Origin: Saprospiraceae bacterium
GTDB lineage: Bacteria > Bacteroidota > Bacteroidia > Chitinophagales > Saprospiraceae
Direction of reading: 5' to 3'
Assembly (NCBI GenBank): GCA_036479115.1
Contig: JAZGFD010000085.1
Span: forward strand, 11,218 to 75,217
DNA length: 64,000 nt
The position numbers were made by a program, and so were the translations under genes. This document shows positions 17,025 to 27,596 of this stretch, one piece after another (position 1 is the stretch's first letter; each line of letters starts with the position of its first letter). Below the pieces are notes generated by a model. That model had not been told where the DNA came from and ran no database searches. It saw only the letters and a list, made by a program, of their open reading frames with translations.

Positions 17025-18377
17025 ATGCCATCATCGAAAACTTACATTTTAGACAAATTCCGAACCAAGATTATCATTCATATTTTGATTATGGTATTCT
17101 TGGCTTTGTTTGGTTTTTATCTCACCTATATTAAGGCATCAGTATCGGGTCTTCTGGTGACTGCTTTGATATTTTTTTATACTGTAATAACTCTTTTTAA
17201 GTTAGTCAATAAAACAAACCGTGATCTTGCCCATTTTCTCATGAGTATTAGATTTGATGATTTTGAAACATCTTTTAGCCGCCAAAGTACGTCCAATGGT
17301 AATGATGAAAACTTGCACGAGGTATTTAATCTGATCACCGGAAAATTCAGGGATCTCAGATCGCAAAAAGAATCCCAGCATCAGTTTTTACTATCTCTGG
17401 TAGAGCAAGTGGAAACGGGATTAATATGTTTTGACGATCAATGGCAGACCGTAATGATGAATCGAGCAATGAAAGACATGCTTAGAAAATCATACGTGCC
17501 TTCTCTAAAATCTATTCTAAAAATAGACAAAGGCCTTCATGATACAATGCTTACGCTGTCTCCTGGAGATAAAAAACTATTGGATGTCAATGTTCAAAAT
17601 ACCAGATTACAATTGGCATTGCTGGGCTCTCAGATTAAAATGAATGACGAATTGATCAGGATTTTTGTCATTCAAAATATCAGTACAGAACTGGACAATC
17701 AGGAAATCCGGTCATGGCAAAAACTAATACGAATCTTAACCCATGAGATAATGAATTCTGTAAGTCCCGTGGTTTCACTGGCATCTACAACAGATGATAT
17801 GCTCAAACAGGCCAAAGAACTGGACAAAGAAACTATTTCAAAAATGCACAAAGCCATTCAAGCTATAAAACATAGGGGTGAGGCACTTCTCAGTTTTACA
17901 GAAAGGTACAGAGCTCTTACCAGAGTGCCGCCACCCGTAATGGAGAATGTTGATTTTATTAACCTTGTTGATCAGATTATTGTATTATATGATGCGGAAA
18001 TGAATTCGAAGAATATAGAATTATTAAAGAAGTATCCCAATCACAAATTACAAATCAGTGCTGACCCAGGCCTTCTAGAACAAACGATTATCAACCTTCT
18101 TAAAAACGCAATGGAGGCCGTTAAAGATCAAGATAATGGAAAAATAGAAATACAAATATTTCGAGATAGTCGGAATACAATATTTCAAATTGCAGACAAT
18201 GGAAATGGTATAGAAGAAAGTATGATTGACCAAATATTTATCCCATTTTTTACCACCAAAGATCAAGGGTCAGGTATCGGTTTAAGCCTTAGTAGGCAGA
18301 TTATTCTTATGCATAATGGCACTATTGACGTACAGTCAGAAGTAGAAAAAGGGAGTGTTTTTATAATTAGACTGTAA
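17025..18377 (+). CDS. Sensor histidine kinase (two N-terminal TM helices, HisKA + HATPase_c)
   Basis: H-box LTHEIMNSVSP, N-box LLKNAMEA, G1 DNGNGI, G2 GSGIGLSLS. It starts 5 bp after the regulator gene. Confidence 0.88.
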   Translation: MPSSKTYILDKFRTKIIIHILIMVFLALFGFYLTYIKASVSGLLVTALIFFYTVITLFKLVNKTNRDLAHFLMSIRFDDFETSFSRQSTSNGNDENLHEVFNLITGKFRDLRSQKESQHQFLLSLVEQVETGLICFDDQWQTVMMNRAMKDMLRKSYVPSLKSILKIDKGLHDTMLTLSPGDKKLLDVNVQNTRLQLALLGSQIKMNDELIRIFVIQNISTELDNQEIRSWQKLIRILTHEIMNSVSPVVSLASTTDDMLKQAKELDKETISKMHKAIQAIKHRGEALLSFTERYRALTRVPPPVMENVDFINLVDQIIVLYDAEMNSKNIELLKKYPNHKLQISADPGLLEQTIINLLKNAMEAVKDQDNGKIEIQIFRDSRNTIFQIADNGNGIEESMIDQIFIPFFTTKDQGSGIGLSLSRQIILMHNGTIDVQSEVEKGSVFIIRL

Positions 18378-18538
18378 TGAATATGGGCAATAAAGGTAAT
18401 AACTCAGCAAGTATCAATTTTGATAAAAATGCTCTTTTATAACCTTGAATCGAAAATTTGTGTAAAGGGCGGTTATCAAGTAGTTTTTTTTACAAAAAAA
18501 ATTACTGTAAACTATTATTTTACAACTGTTTAATTATT

Positions 18539-18701
18539 GGGAATTACTGAGGAACAGTCAATTTTAGATGAAAAAAGTTCTTTTTCTACCATATTTCAGC
18601 TATTTTTTTCGGCACAACTTTACTATGCCTCAAAAAATGAACATTACCAGAAAAAAAAATAACAAATTTTTATCTCAAAGGCGCCCATCTGGAGTTGTTA
18701 C
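18539..18701 (+). mobile_element. Family-1 MITE-like element (subtype 1a), flanked by TAATTATT / TTATTATT
   Basis: Termini GGGAATTACTGAGGAACAGTCAATTTTAG and GCGCCCATCTGGAGTTGTTAC. The flanking 8-mers at 18531-38 and 18702-09 match 7/8. Confidence 0.75.
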
Positions 18702-18768
18702 TTATTATTTAGTAAGTATCAGTAATTTATGAGTTGTCTCTAAATTATTGATGTATATTGAGTCCACT

Positions 18769-18943
18769 CGAAAAACTCGCAAAATCAACAAAGTTGACTT
18801 CGACAAGATCTGCATAAAACTTTTGGCGAACTTTACATTTTTCTCAAACCGCTGATACTAAGGGATCACCGAATCTCAAAAAATGCAAATTTGATCCGAA
18901 GCGATTCTTTTTCTGAAAAATGTTAGTTTCCAGCGTAGATTTA
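18769..18943 (+). mobile_element. Family-2 MITE-like element with 4-bp duplication ATAT
   Basis: Termini TGAGTCCACTCGAAAA and degenerate CCAGCGTAGATTTA. Conserved core TTTTGGCGAACTTTACATTTTTCTCAAACCGCTGATACT..ATCACCGAATCTCAAAAAATGCAAATT. ATAT occurs at 18765-68 and 18944-47. Confidence 0.75.
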
Positions 18944-18990
18944 ATATTCAATTATTAGATATTTTTATTAAATGTTAAAAATTCTTTATC

Positions 18991-20250
18991 ATGTTGATTA
19001 GAACAAGTGTATTCAGAAGTTATGTCACCATATTAATCTCTTTATTAGTTTGTAATATAAATTTTGGTCAAGCCGATAAATTCTCTAAAGGGTACATTAT
19101 CTTGACAAATGGGATACTCTCAAAGGTCAGATTAAAAACCTTAGTGCACTTAGCCTTTTTGAATACGTAGTATTTAAAAAAAATAAAAATACTGCACCTA
19201 AAAATTATCACCCTGATGAAATTTCGCATTATTACTTTGGTAATTCAAATTATTATGAGTCAGATTCTGTGGCCTTTAGACATCCTTCATCGGGTATTTA
19301 TTACAAGAAGTTATTTCTAAAAAAAACTTGTAAGAGGAAATATTGAATTATTTCGATTAGATTACCAGATCACTGACAACCCCACAATTCTTTATGAATA
19401 TAACATGAAGTACTATTTTATTCGACAAAAAAAGAATAGCATAATGGTTGATTTACTGGAAAGTAACTTTAAAAGTAATTTGAATAAAATATTGAATAAT
19501 GGGAAATGTATCATAGGTAAAGATTATAAGTACAATGATGATGATCTATCCAATGTAATTTTGAAATATTCAAAATGTACAAATACTCAAAGCGAGAAGG
19601 TATATTCTAAAAGGCCAAAAAGAAAACTAAAAAAAGGTGTTAGTATTGGCATTGCCTCATCAAAATTTACAACCTGAAATAAGGCATTTGAAAACTTTGT
19701 GTCAAACCAAGGATTAGGTTATGACCTCAACTTTTTTATTAACCCACAACTGCTAAGTTGGCTATCATTGAAAGGAGGAATTAATTATAAATTTAGAAAT
19801 TTTAAAAGTTCCAAAGATTTTATTGTTTCTGAGTTTTACGTTAACAAGGGGGAGTCTCTTAAACTAGAATCAAATATTAAAATAAATCAGATAGGCACAT
19901 CTATACAACTCCAATCGTTTTATCAGGTTAATGATTTTTGAACTTATGTGATTTTGGGTGGCTATATGGGGTTTAATTTAAAAAACACAGCATATCTCGA
20001 TAAAACTAAATTTGTACAAACAGACCAGGGAAGCGTATTAGTAACTGATAGAATAGACCCATTTTTATCCAATGTAAATGAATTTGAAATAGGGTGGTCT
20101 ATCGGAGGAGGTCTCGAGTATGCTTTAAATGGCAATCACAGTATGTTTCTTGAAATTCAATATACCAAAGGAGCCAACAGTAATCAAAAAAGCAGTAAGT
20201 TTTATATCTCACAGAAAGCTGTTGTGCTATTGATTGGAGTTTCTTTTTAA
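18991..20250 (+). pseudogene. Outer-membrane beta-barrel (porin-family-like) protein gene broken by several frameshifts and stops
   Basis: It starts with the signal peptide MLIRTSVFRSYVTILISLLVCNINFGQA. Reading continues across at least four frame changes or stops through track ORFs 19405-19677, 19699-19941 and 19948-20250. It ends with the beta-barrel-like tail GWSIGGGLEYALNGNHSMFLEIQYTKG...LLIGVSF. Confidence 0.6.
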
Positions 20251-20293
20251 TATCGCTCATTCCCCTCAAAGGCTATTAAATTGTGTCTGAACG

Positions 20294-20453
20294 GTAACTA
20301 CTCAGGTGGAGCCAATTTTGGACACTAAAAGTTCTTTTTCTACTATTGGAGCTTTTTTTCGCGGTTGCTCTGCTATACCTCAAAAAATGAGCTTTATCTG
20401 GTAAAAAATATCACTTTTTTTACATCAAAAGTGCCCCCCTCCTGTGTAGTTAG
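20294..20453 (+). mobile_element. Family-1 MITE-like element (subtype 1a) nested in the left end of a family-2 element
   Basis: Termini GTAACTACTCAGGTGGAGCCAATTTTGG and GTGCCCCCCTCCTGTGTAGTTAG. It is flanked by TGTCTGAACG (20284-93) and TGTCTGATCG (20454-63). Confidence 0.75.
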
Positions 20454-20612
20454 TGTCTGATCGAAAACTCATCAAAATTAGAAATAGTTTTTTTGGCGAT
20501 ATTTAATTTTTTTTCAACTCGCTGATACTCCGGCATCACAGAATATTAAAAAATGATAATATCATCTAAAATAATTAATTTTTGAAAATTATCTGTTTTC
20601 AGAGCGGACTCA
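20454..20612 (+). mobile_element. Family-2 MITE-like element (divergent copy)
   Basis: Degenerate left end TGTCTGATCGAAAACTC. Core TTTTTGGCGATATTTAATTTTTTTTCAACTCGCTGATACTCCGGCATCAC. Right end CAGAGCGGACTCA. Confidence 0.65.
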
Positions 20613-20832
20613 AAGTTCAACAAAAGTCTTTTTTCATTTTAAGATATTTCGGAGTCAAATTAAAATTATTCATTCACTTAAAATCACTATAGAGTCATCA
20701 AAGAGTATCCTTTAAATAATATTTGTGTGATACAAAATCAAGTCTTTTTTACCCCCTCTAATTAAAAAGCCAATCTATATTTGGCTTATTCTCAATTAAG
20801 TGTAATATTTAGCCGAATAAAAGGTAAAATAC

Positions 20833-22632
20833 ATGAAGCCTACTGATACCAAAGACCCCGAATATTTTCATAAAGTAGTAGATTGCCAGCTTGCTTGCCC
20901 TGCTCATACTCCAGTACCTGAATATATACGACTTATAGCCCAAGAGAAATATACCGAAGCATACATGATCAATTGGGAATCAAATGTATTCCCCGGTATC
21001 CTCGGGAGAACGTGTGATCGCCCATGTGAACCTGCATGTCGAAGAGGCAGAATAGAAGAAGACCCTGTAGCAATTTGTAGATTGAAAAGAGTAGCAGCAG
21101 ATAATAAAGGGGAGGTGAAAAGCCTAATGCCTAAAATCCCTAAAATTAAAAATGGAAAGAAAATAGCCCTTATCGGGGGTGGCCCTGCTTCACTAACGGT
21201 AGCTAGAGATTTGGCTCCTTTGGGTTATGAGATTGATCTGTATGATCAATGGAGTGGTGGTGGCGGAATGATGCGTACTCAAATACCTTCATTTAGGTTG
21301 CCAATAGAAGTGTTGGATGAAGAAGTGAATTATATCCTGGACATGAATATCAATACTCACTTTAACCACTTTGTAGATAGCATGAAGAGTATATTAGACA
21401 AAGATTACGATGCTATTTTAGTAGGAACAGGTGCGCCAAAAGGTAGAAATTTGAATATTGCTGGCAGAGAAGAAGCCGATGCTCATATCCATATTGGAAT
21501 AGAATGGCTAGCAGGTGTAGCTTTTGAGCATATTAAAAAAATAGGTGAAAAAGTAATCGTTTTGGGGGGAGGAAATACAGCAATGGATTGTTGCCGTACT
21601 TCTAAAAGAATAGGAGGGAAAGAAGTAAATGTAGTGGTGAGAAGTGAATTTGAAAGAATGAAGGCATCATCGTGGGAAATAGAAGATGCCATGCATGAAG
21701 AAATAGTAATAACGAATAATAGGCCCCCTAAAGAATTTGTCATGGACAATGGTAAACTAAAGGGTGTCTTATTCGACAAAGTAAATGCAGAATATGATGA
21801 AAATGGAAAACGTACTCTTGTACCCACAGGGGAAGAAGAGTTTATTGAAGCCGATGATGTATTAATAGCAATAGGGCAAGACAATTCATTTCCTTGGATA
21901 GAAAGAGATTTGGGTATAGAGTTTGGCAAATGGAATTTACCTGAACTTGATAAAGTAACGTATCAGTCTACTAATCCGAAAGTGTTTTTTGCAGGTGATG
22001 CTGCATTTGGACCTGAAAATGTGATTACAGCAGTAGCTCAAGGCCATCAAGCAGCCATCTCAATTGACCTGTTTTTGAAAGGAGAAGATGTAAATAAGAG
22101 ACCCGCACCTAGAACTACTTTAAAAAGCCAAAAAATGGGCATCCACGAATGGATGTATGACAGCCCAGTAGTAGATGATATTAGGTATAAAGTGCCTCAT
22201 GCTGATAAAAAGAAGGCGCTCACAGATAGAAAGGTGGAAGTTGAACTTGGTTTCGATGGTTTGATAGGATTTAAGGAAGCCCAAAGATGCCTTAATTGTG
22301 ATGTACAGACAGTTTTTAATACTGATAGATGCATTGAGTGCGATGCTTGCATGGACATTTGCCCTACCAGTTGTATCACTTTTACAGAAAATGGTGAAGA
22401 AGGAGAATTAAGAACAAGGCTCAAAGCTCCTGCGGAAAACCTTTCTCAAGATCTTTATGTATCTGATGTGTTGCCTACAAAAAGAGTGATGGTAAAGGAT
22501 GAAGATGTGTGTGTGCATTGTGGATTATGCGCAGAGCGTTGCCCTACGGCAGCATGGGATATGCAGATGTTTTTTTATAATGTCACAAAATCATGTAGTG
22601 ATGAACTGACCGAAGCGGCTATGGTGGTCTAA
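20833..22632 (+). CDS. GltD-like NAD(P)H-dependent FAD oxidoreductase fused to a C-terminal 2x[4Fe-4S] ferredoxin domain
   Basis: N-terminal Cys cluster CQLACPAHT...CDRPCEPACRRG. Two Rossmann motifs, GGGPAS and GGGNTAMD. C-terminus CLNCD...CIECDACMDICP and CVHCGLCAERCP. Confidence 0.8.
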   Translation: MKPTDTKDPEYFHKVVDCQLACPAHTPVPEYIRLIAQEKYTEAYMINWESNVFPGILGRTCDRPCEPACRRGRIEEDPVAICRLKRVAADNKGEVKSLMPKIPKIKNGKKIALIGGGPASLTVARDLAPLGYEIDLYDQWSGGGGMMRTQIPSFRLPIEVLDEEVNYILDMNINTHFNHFVDSMKSILDKDYDAILVGTGAPKGRNLNIAGREEADAHIHIGIEWLAGVAFEHIKKIGEKVIVLGGGNTAMDCCRTSKRIGGKEVNVVVRSEFERMKASSWEIEDAMHEEIVITNNRPPKEFVMDNGKLKGVLFDKVNAEYDENGKRTLVPTGEEEFIEADDVLIAIGQDNSFPWIERDLGIEFGKWNLPELDKVTYQSTNPKVFFAGDAAFGPENVITAVAQGHQAAISIDLFLKGEDVNKRPAPRTTLKSQKMGIHEWMYDSPVVDDIRYKVPHADKKKALTDRKVEVELGFDGLIGFKEAQRCLNCDVQTVFNTDRCIECDACMDICPTSCITFTENGEEGELRTRLKAPAENLSQDLYVSDVLPTKRVMVKDEDVCVHCGLCAERCPTAAWDMQMFFYNVTKSCSDELTEAAMVV

Positions 22633-22690
22633 GAAGAAGTGAATTTACCGCAAAAATAGAATTTGATTCAAATAATAGAAGTACAATACA

Positions 22691-24523
22691 ATGAGGAGTA
22701 AGGATACTCAAATCTTGGTGAATGATTTCGTAATTCGTTTTGCTAATGTAAACGGCACAGGATCGGCTAGTGCGAATGGGCTTTTCGCAAAAGCAATCTT
22801 CAGAAGTGGAGTGCCTATGGCTCCTAAGAATATTTTTCCATCAAATATACAAGGACTACCTACTTGGTATGAAGTGAGAGTAAGTGAAAAAGGATATCTG
22901 GGCAGGAGAGAAAATATAGACATAATGGTAGGAGTAAACCCTCAAAGTTTTAGAGAAGATGTAGAAAATATAGTTAGTGGTGGGTATTTAGTTTATGATA
23001 ATTCGAGACAGCTCCACTCGGAGTTTTTACGAGATGATATCCAAATGTTGGCCATTCCTATGATGCAATTGAGTATGGATCATTTTGAGGAGCCAAGGCT
23101 TCAACAGCTATTTAAAAATATTATTTACCTAGGAGCTGTGGTTGCACTTTTAAATATAGATATCGAGATAGTGAGGACATTGATAGAAGAACAATTCTCC
23201 AATAAACCCAAGCTAATACCTCCTAATTTCAAGGCTCTTGCAGTAGGGTACGATTTTGCAAAAGAAAATCTAAATTGCCCTCTTAATATTAGGGTGCAAA
23301 AGAGAGATTTAATAGGAGATAAAATCTTAATAGAAGGCAATGAAGCTACTGGTCTTGGTGCTGTATATGGAGGGGCTACTATGATGGCTTGGTATCCTAT
23401 TACGCCTTCCACATCAGTGGCAAAAGCCTATGAAAAACATGGTAACATCCTATTAATAGAAAAAGAAACAGGCAAAAAGAAATTTGCTTTTGTACAAGCA
23501 GAGGATGAACTCGCAGCTATAGGCATGGTAATAGGAGCGGCATGGAATGGAGTAAGGGCATTTACTTCTACCAGTGGGGCTGGTGTGTCTCTTATGAATG
23601 AATTTATTGGTTTGGCATACTTTGCCGAAATACCAGTTTTTTTGGTCAATGTACAGAGAGGCGGCCCTTCTACAGGGATGCCTACTCGTACCCAACAAGG
23701 AGACATGATGTCTACAGCATATGCCTCTCATGGAGATACAAAACACATATTGTTAATACCAAGTACTCCCAATGAGTGTTTTGAAATGTCGTCATTGGGA
23801 TTAGATTTGGCTGATCGTTTTCAAACTCCAGTTATGCTTATGTCAGATTTGGACTTGGGTATGAATGAACATATTACAGAGCCCCTTAAATGGGATAAAA
23901 ACCGTAAATACGATAGAGGCAAAGTGCTGAGTGCTAATGATTTAGAACAGCCTAACTTAGATTGGGGCAGATACCTCGATGTGGATGGTGATGGGATATG
24001 CTACCGTACGATACCTGGGACTCACCCATCTAAAGGGGGATATTTTACCAGAGGCACATCTAGAGATGAATATGCTAAATATTCAGAGAAAGGCGAAGTG
24101 TATCAACGCAATGTAGATCGACTTACATTAAAGTGGAAAACAGCGAAAGAAAAGGTGCCAAAACCAGAATTTTACCAAAAAACCAATGAAGGGAAACATG
24201 GCCTAATTTTTTATGGCACCACAGCCTATCCAGCTGCAGAGGTTATGGACATATTTATTGCAGCGGGTATAACTATGGATTCTATGCGATTGAGAGCATT
24301 TCCGTTTGGATCAGAAGTGGAAAGTTTTATTGATGACCATGAAGAGCTTTTCGTTATAGAGCAAAATAAAGACGGTCAAATGCGTTCGATGATTATCAAT
24401 GAGCTTGATATTAACCCAAAAAAGTTGATACCCATTCTGAATTACGATGGGTATCCTATTACTGCCGGCTATATTTTTGATAAGATCAATGAACATTTGA
24501 GTATCAACGAATTAGTGAAATGA
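22691..24523 (+). CDS. korA: 2-oxoglutarate/2-oxoacid:ferredoxin oxidoreductase subunit alpha
   Basis: 610 aa with the gamma-like N-terminal domain fused to the alpha domain (GNEATGLGAVYGGA...YPITPST...AEDELAA). Followed by the beta subunit gene. Confidence 0.85.
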   Translation: MRSKDTQILVNDFVIRFANVNGTGSASANGLFAKAIFRSGVPMAPKNIFPSNIQGLPTWYEVRVSEKGYLGRRENIDIMVGVNPQSFREDVENIVSGGYLVYDNSRQLHSEFLRDDIQMLAIPMMQLSMDHFEEPRLQQLFKNIIYLGAVVALLNIDIEIVRTLIEEQFSNKPKLIPPNFKALAVGYDFAKENLNCPLNIRVQKRDLIGDKILIEGNEATGLGAVYGGATMMAWYPITPSTSVAKAYEKHGNILLIEKETGKKKFAFVQAEDELAAIGMVIGAAWNGVRAFTSTSGAGVSLMNEFIGLAYFAEIPVFLVNVQRGGPSTGMPTRTQQGDMMSTAYASHGDTKHILLIPSTPNECFEMSSLGLDLADRFQTPVMLMSDLDLGMNEHITEPLKWDKNRKYDRGKVLSANDLEQPNLDWGRYLDVDGDGICYRTIPGTHPSKGGYFTRGTSRDEYAKYSEKGEVYQRNVDRLTLKWKTAKEKVPKPEFYQKTNEGKHGLIFYGTTAYPAAEVMDIFIAAGITMDSMRLRAFPFGSEVESFIDDHEELFVIEQNKDGQMRSMIINELDINPKKLIPILNYDGYPITAGYIFDKINEHLSINELVK

Positions 24524-24577
24524 ACAACGCATCGATACTATGTTTATCAATTAACAAATCACCAAACATCTGAAAAA

Positions 24578-25636
24578 ATGAGTTTTTTAAAACCATCATT
24601 CGTCCATCCAGCATCACCTCGCAATGACGTGGGTTTTCTAAAAAGGGATTATGAAGGAGCCATTTCTACTCTGTGTGCAGGATGTGGCCATGATTCTATC
24701 AGCGCTTCTATTGTAGAGGCATGTTTTGAGCTCAATATTGAGCCTCATCTTTTGGCCAAATTGTCGGGGATAGGATGCTCCAGTAAGACACCTACTTATT
24801 TTATGAGTAATTCTCATGGCTTTAATACCGTGCATGGGAGAATGCCTAGTGTTGCGACTGGGGCTAACTTAGGAAATAAAGAATTAATCTATTTGGGTGT
24901 TTCTGGTGATGGTGATACTGCTTCTATTGGTATGGGGCAGTTTGTACATGTGATACGTCGCAACCTTAATATGACTTACATTGTCATGAATAATGGCTGT
25001 TATGGTCTCACCAAAGGTCAAGACAGCGCCACTGCTGATTTTGGATCAATGAGTAAATCGGGTGGGGGAGTAAGCACGCCATATCAGGCTATTGACTTAG
25101 TAGGGATGGCTTTAGAGCTAAATGCTAGTTTTGTGGCCCGGAGTTTTAGTGGTGATAAGCAGCAATTGGTACCATTGCTTAAAGCCGCCCTGTCACACCA
25201 GGGTTTTTCATTTATTGATATCATTTCTCCTTGTGTCACTTTTAATAATAACAAAGGATCAACTAAGGCATACGATTATGTAAGAGATCACATAGAAGTA
25301 ACTGGGAAGATGGATTTTGTGCCTGTGGAAAAAGAGATTACTGTGGATTACAATGCCGGTACTAATAAAGTGGTAGAATTATTTGACAATACAAAATTGA
25401 GCCTCCAAAAACTTGCTGAAGATTGGGATCCAACGGATATTTTTTCTGCAAAAGCCAAATTAGAAGAGACTAAAAAGCAAGGAAATTACCTTACTGGATT
25501 AATCTATATTAATCCTGAATCGAAAGATTTTCATAATATTCTTAATACGGTAGACAAGCCATTGAATAAACTAGATGAAAATGATTTGTACCCTGGCGAT
25601 GGGGTTTTGAATGAGATAAATCAAAGATTTAGATAG
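24578..25636 (+). CDS. korB: 2-oxoglutarate/2-oxoacid:ferredoxin oxidoreductase subunit beta (TPP-binding)
   Basis: CAGCGH Cys motif. TPP-binding GDGD...MNNGCYGLTKGQ. Confidence 0.85.
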   Translation: MSFLKPSFVHPASPRNDVGFLKRDYEGAISTLCAGCGHDSISASIVEACFELNIEPHLLAKLSGIGCSSKTPTYFMSNSHGFNTVHGRMPSVATGANLGNKELIYLGVSGDGDTASIGMGQFVHVIRRNLNMTYIVMNNGCYGLTKGQDSATADFGSMSKSGGGVSTPYQAIDLVGMALELNASFVARSFSGDKQQLVPLLKAALSHQGFSFIDIISPCVTFNNNKGSTKAYDYVRDHIEVTGKMDFVPVEKEITVDYNAGTNKVVELFDNTKLSLQKLAEDWDPTDIFSAKAKLEETKKQGNYLTGLIYINPESKDFHNILNTVDKPLNKLDENDLYPGDGVLNEINQRFR

Positions 25637-25641
25637 CACTC

Positions 25642-27180
25642 TTACAGAGGAATATTGCCATGTTTTTTCTTAGGGATGCTTACCGCTTTATTTTCTAACA
25701 TAGCAAACGCTTTGATAAGTTTTCTTCTGGTATCCTTGGGCATGATGACCTCATCAATGAAGCCCCTCTCGGCAGCTGTATATGGATTGGCAAATTTATC
25801 AGCGTAATCTTGTTCCTTTTGCTTTAATGTCTCTTCTGGTTTCTTTGAGGCTCTGATCTCTTTGCTAAAAATTATCTCACTGGCTCCTTTGGCGCCCATT
25901 ACTGCGATTTCTGCTGATGGCCATGCAAAATTCATATCTGATCCGATGTGTTTACTATTCATGACATCATATGCTCCGCCATAAGCCTTCCTTGTTATTA
26001 CTGATACACGTGGTACTGTTGCTTCGCTCAAAGCATATAGCAATTTTGCTCCATTTGTAATGATGGCATTCCATTCTTGATCGGTTCCAGGTAAAAATCC
26101 TGGCACATCTACCAATACCAGTAACGGAATATTAAAGCAATCACAAAATCGCGTAAACCTAGCCGCTTTTTTTGAGCTATTCACATCAAGGCATCCTGCT
26201 AAATTCATTGGCTGATTGGCCACGATACCAATACTCCTTCCTGCTAACCTTGAGAAGCCAACCACAATATTTTGAGCATAATCTTTATGTATTTCAAAGA
26301 AAGAATCAGTATCGGATATCCCTGCTATGACCGCCCTCATATCATAAGGTTGATTGGCACTTTCTGGTACTATATCCTCTAGTTCTATTCTTATTTCCTC
26401 TTTTATCTCAAAAGGAATTTTCATAGGACTTTCCTCACAATTTTGGGGCATAAAACTCAATAATCTTTTCACCTTAGTGATACAATCTATATCATTAGAA
26501 GAAGTAAGATGGGCCACTCCTGATTTAGTAGTATGTGCTGATGCTCCTCCTAACTCTTCTGAGGTTACCTCTTCATTTGTTACAGTTTTGACCACATTTG
26601 GCCCTGTTACAAACATGTAACTAGAACCTTCTACCATTATGGTAAAATCAGTCATTGCTGGAGAATAAACGGCTCCCCCCGCACATGGCCCCATAATGGC
26701 GCTGATCTGAGGTATAACTCCAGAAGCCATTACGTTTTTATAAAATATATCAGCATACCCTCCCAGCGATCTTACCCCTTCTTGTATACGTGCTCCACCA
26801 CTATCATTAAGACCTATTAAAGGCGCTCCTACCTTCATCGCTAAGTCCATTATTTTACATATTTTTTCGGCATGGGTTTCTGATAATGAGCCACCGAAGA
26901 CTGTAAAGTCTTGAGCAAAAACATAAACCAATCTGCTATCCACAGTGCCATATCCTGTTACTACTCCATCTCCATAATACTTCTGGTCGGCCATGCCAAA
27001 GTCAGTGGTTCTGTGCGTAACAAGAATCCCAATTTCTTCAAAAGAGCCTTCGTCCATAAGAAAATGAATACGTTCTCTGGCCGTGAGTTTTCCCTTATTA
27101 TGTTGCTTTTCTATTCTTGCCTTACCTCCTCCTAGTTTAGCGAGCTTTATCTTATCATTTAATATATTAATGTTGCTCAT
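25642..27180 (-). CDS. pccB: Propionyl-CoA carboxylase beta chain / methylmalonyl-CoA carboxyltransferase
   Basis: Carboxyltransferase motifs [21 protein letters not shown] and [12 protein letters not shown] place the start at [10 protein letters not shown] (27180), overlapping the upstream stop as TAATG. The track start at 27252 adds an unlikely 24-aa extension. Confidence 0.88.
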   Translation of the reverse strand: MSNINILNDKIKLAKLGGGKARIEKQHNKGKLTARERIHFLMDEGSFEEIGILVTHRTTDFGMADQKYYGDGVVTGYGTVDSRLVYVFAQDFTVFGGSLSETHAEKICKIMDLAMKVGAPLIGLNDSGGARIQEGVRSLGGYADIFYKNVMASGVIPQISAIMGPCAGGAVYSPAMTDFTIMVEGSSYMFVTGPNVVKTVTNEEVTSEELGGASAHTTKSGVAHLTSSNDIDCITKVKRLLSFMPQNCEESPMKIPFEIKEEIRIELEDIVPESANQPYDMRAVIAGISDTDSFFEIHKDYAQNIVVGFSRLAGRSIGIVANQPMNLAGCLDVNSSKKAARFTRFCDCFNIPLLVLVDVPGFLPGTDQEWNAIITNGAKLLYALSEATVPRVSVITRKAYGGAYDVMNSKHIGSDMNFAWPSAEIAVMGAKGASEIIFSKEIRASKKPEETLKQKEQDYADKFANPYTAAERGFIDEVIMPKDTRRKLIKAFAMLENKAVSIPKKKHGNIPL

Positions 27181-27596
27181 TATTTCTTTATACTTTGGCA
27201 TAATTCTACTAATACTCCATTTGCTGTTTTGGGATGTACAAAACAAACCCATTTGTTGTCAGCGCCTCTTTTAGGTTCAATATTTAAAAGCTCAAAACCT
27301 TCTTTTTTCAGCCTCTTCATCTCCGCTCTGATGTCTTCCACTTCAAAGGCGATGTGATGTATTCCTTCTCCTCTTTTTTCAATAAAATTGTCAATAGCAC
27401 TGCCTTCTTTTATAGATTGTACCAATTCTACTTTTGATTCTCCTGTCTGAAAAAAACTTGTAATTACACCTTCTGATTCTACCTCTTCTATTTTGTAATG
27501 TGCTTTTCCTAAAAGATGGTAAAACAAGTTATTGCTTGTATTTACATCCTTTACAGCGATTCCTATATGATCTATTTTTAATGTTTTCTTACCCAA
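27180..27596 (-). CDS. mce: Methylmalonyl-CoA epimerase (VOC/glyoxalase fold)
   Basis: [10 protein letters not shown]...[11 protein letters not shown]...VCFVHPK. 138 aa, located between the mutase and carboxyltransferase genes. Confidence 0.85.
   Translation of the reverse strand: MGKKTLKIDHIGIAVKDVNTSNNLFYHLLGKAHYKIEEVESEGVITSFFQTGESKVELVQSIKEGSAIDNFIEKRGEGIHHIAFEVEDIRAEMKRLKKEGFELLNIEPKRGADNKWVCFVHPKTANGVLVELCQSIKK

Noticed and set aside
19405-20250. Three consecutive short ORFs treated as independent genes
   Set aside because: Together with upstream sequence from 18991 they read as consecutive pieces of one outer-membrane beta-barrel protein. They are reported as a single pseudogene instead.
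21483-24496. Several 60-150-aa minus-strand ORFs inside the GltD-like and korA genes
   Set aside because: All are embedded antisense in strongly supported coding regions, and none has a recognisable motif.
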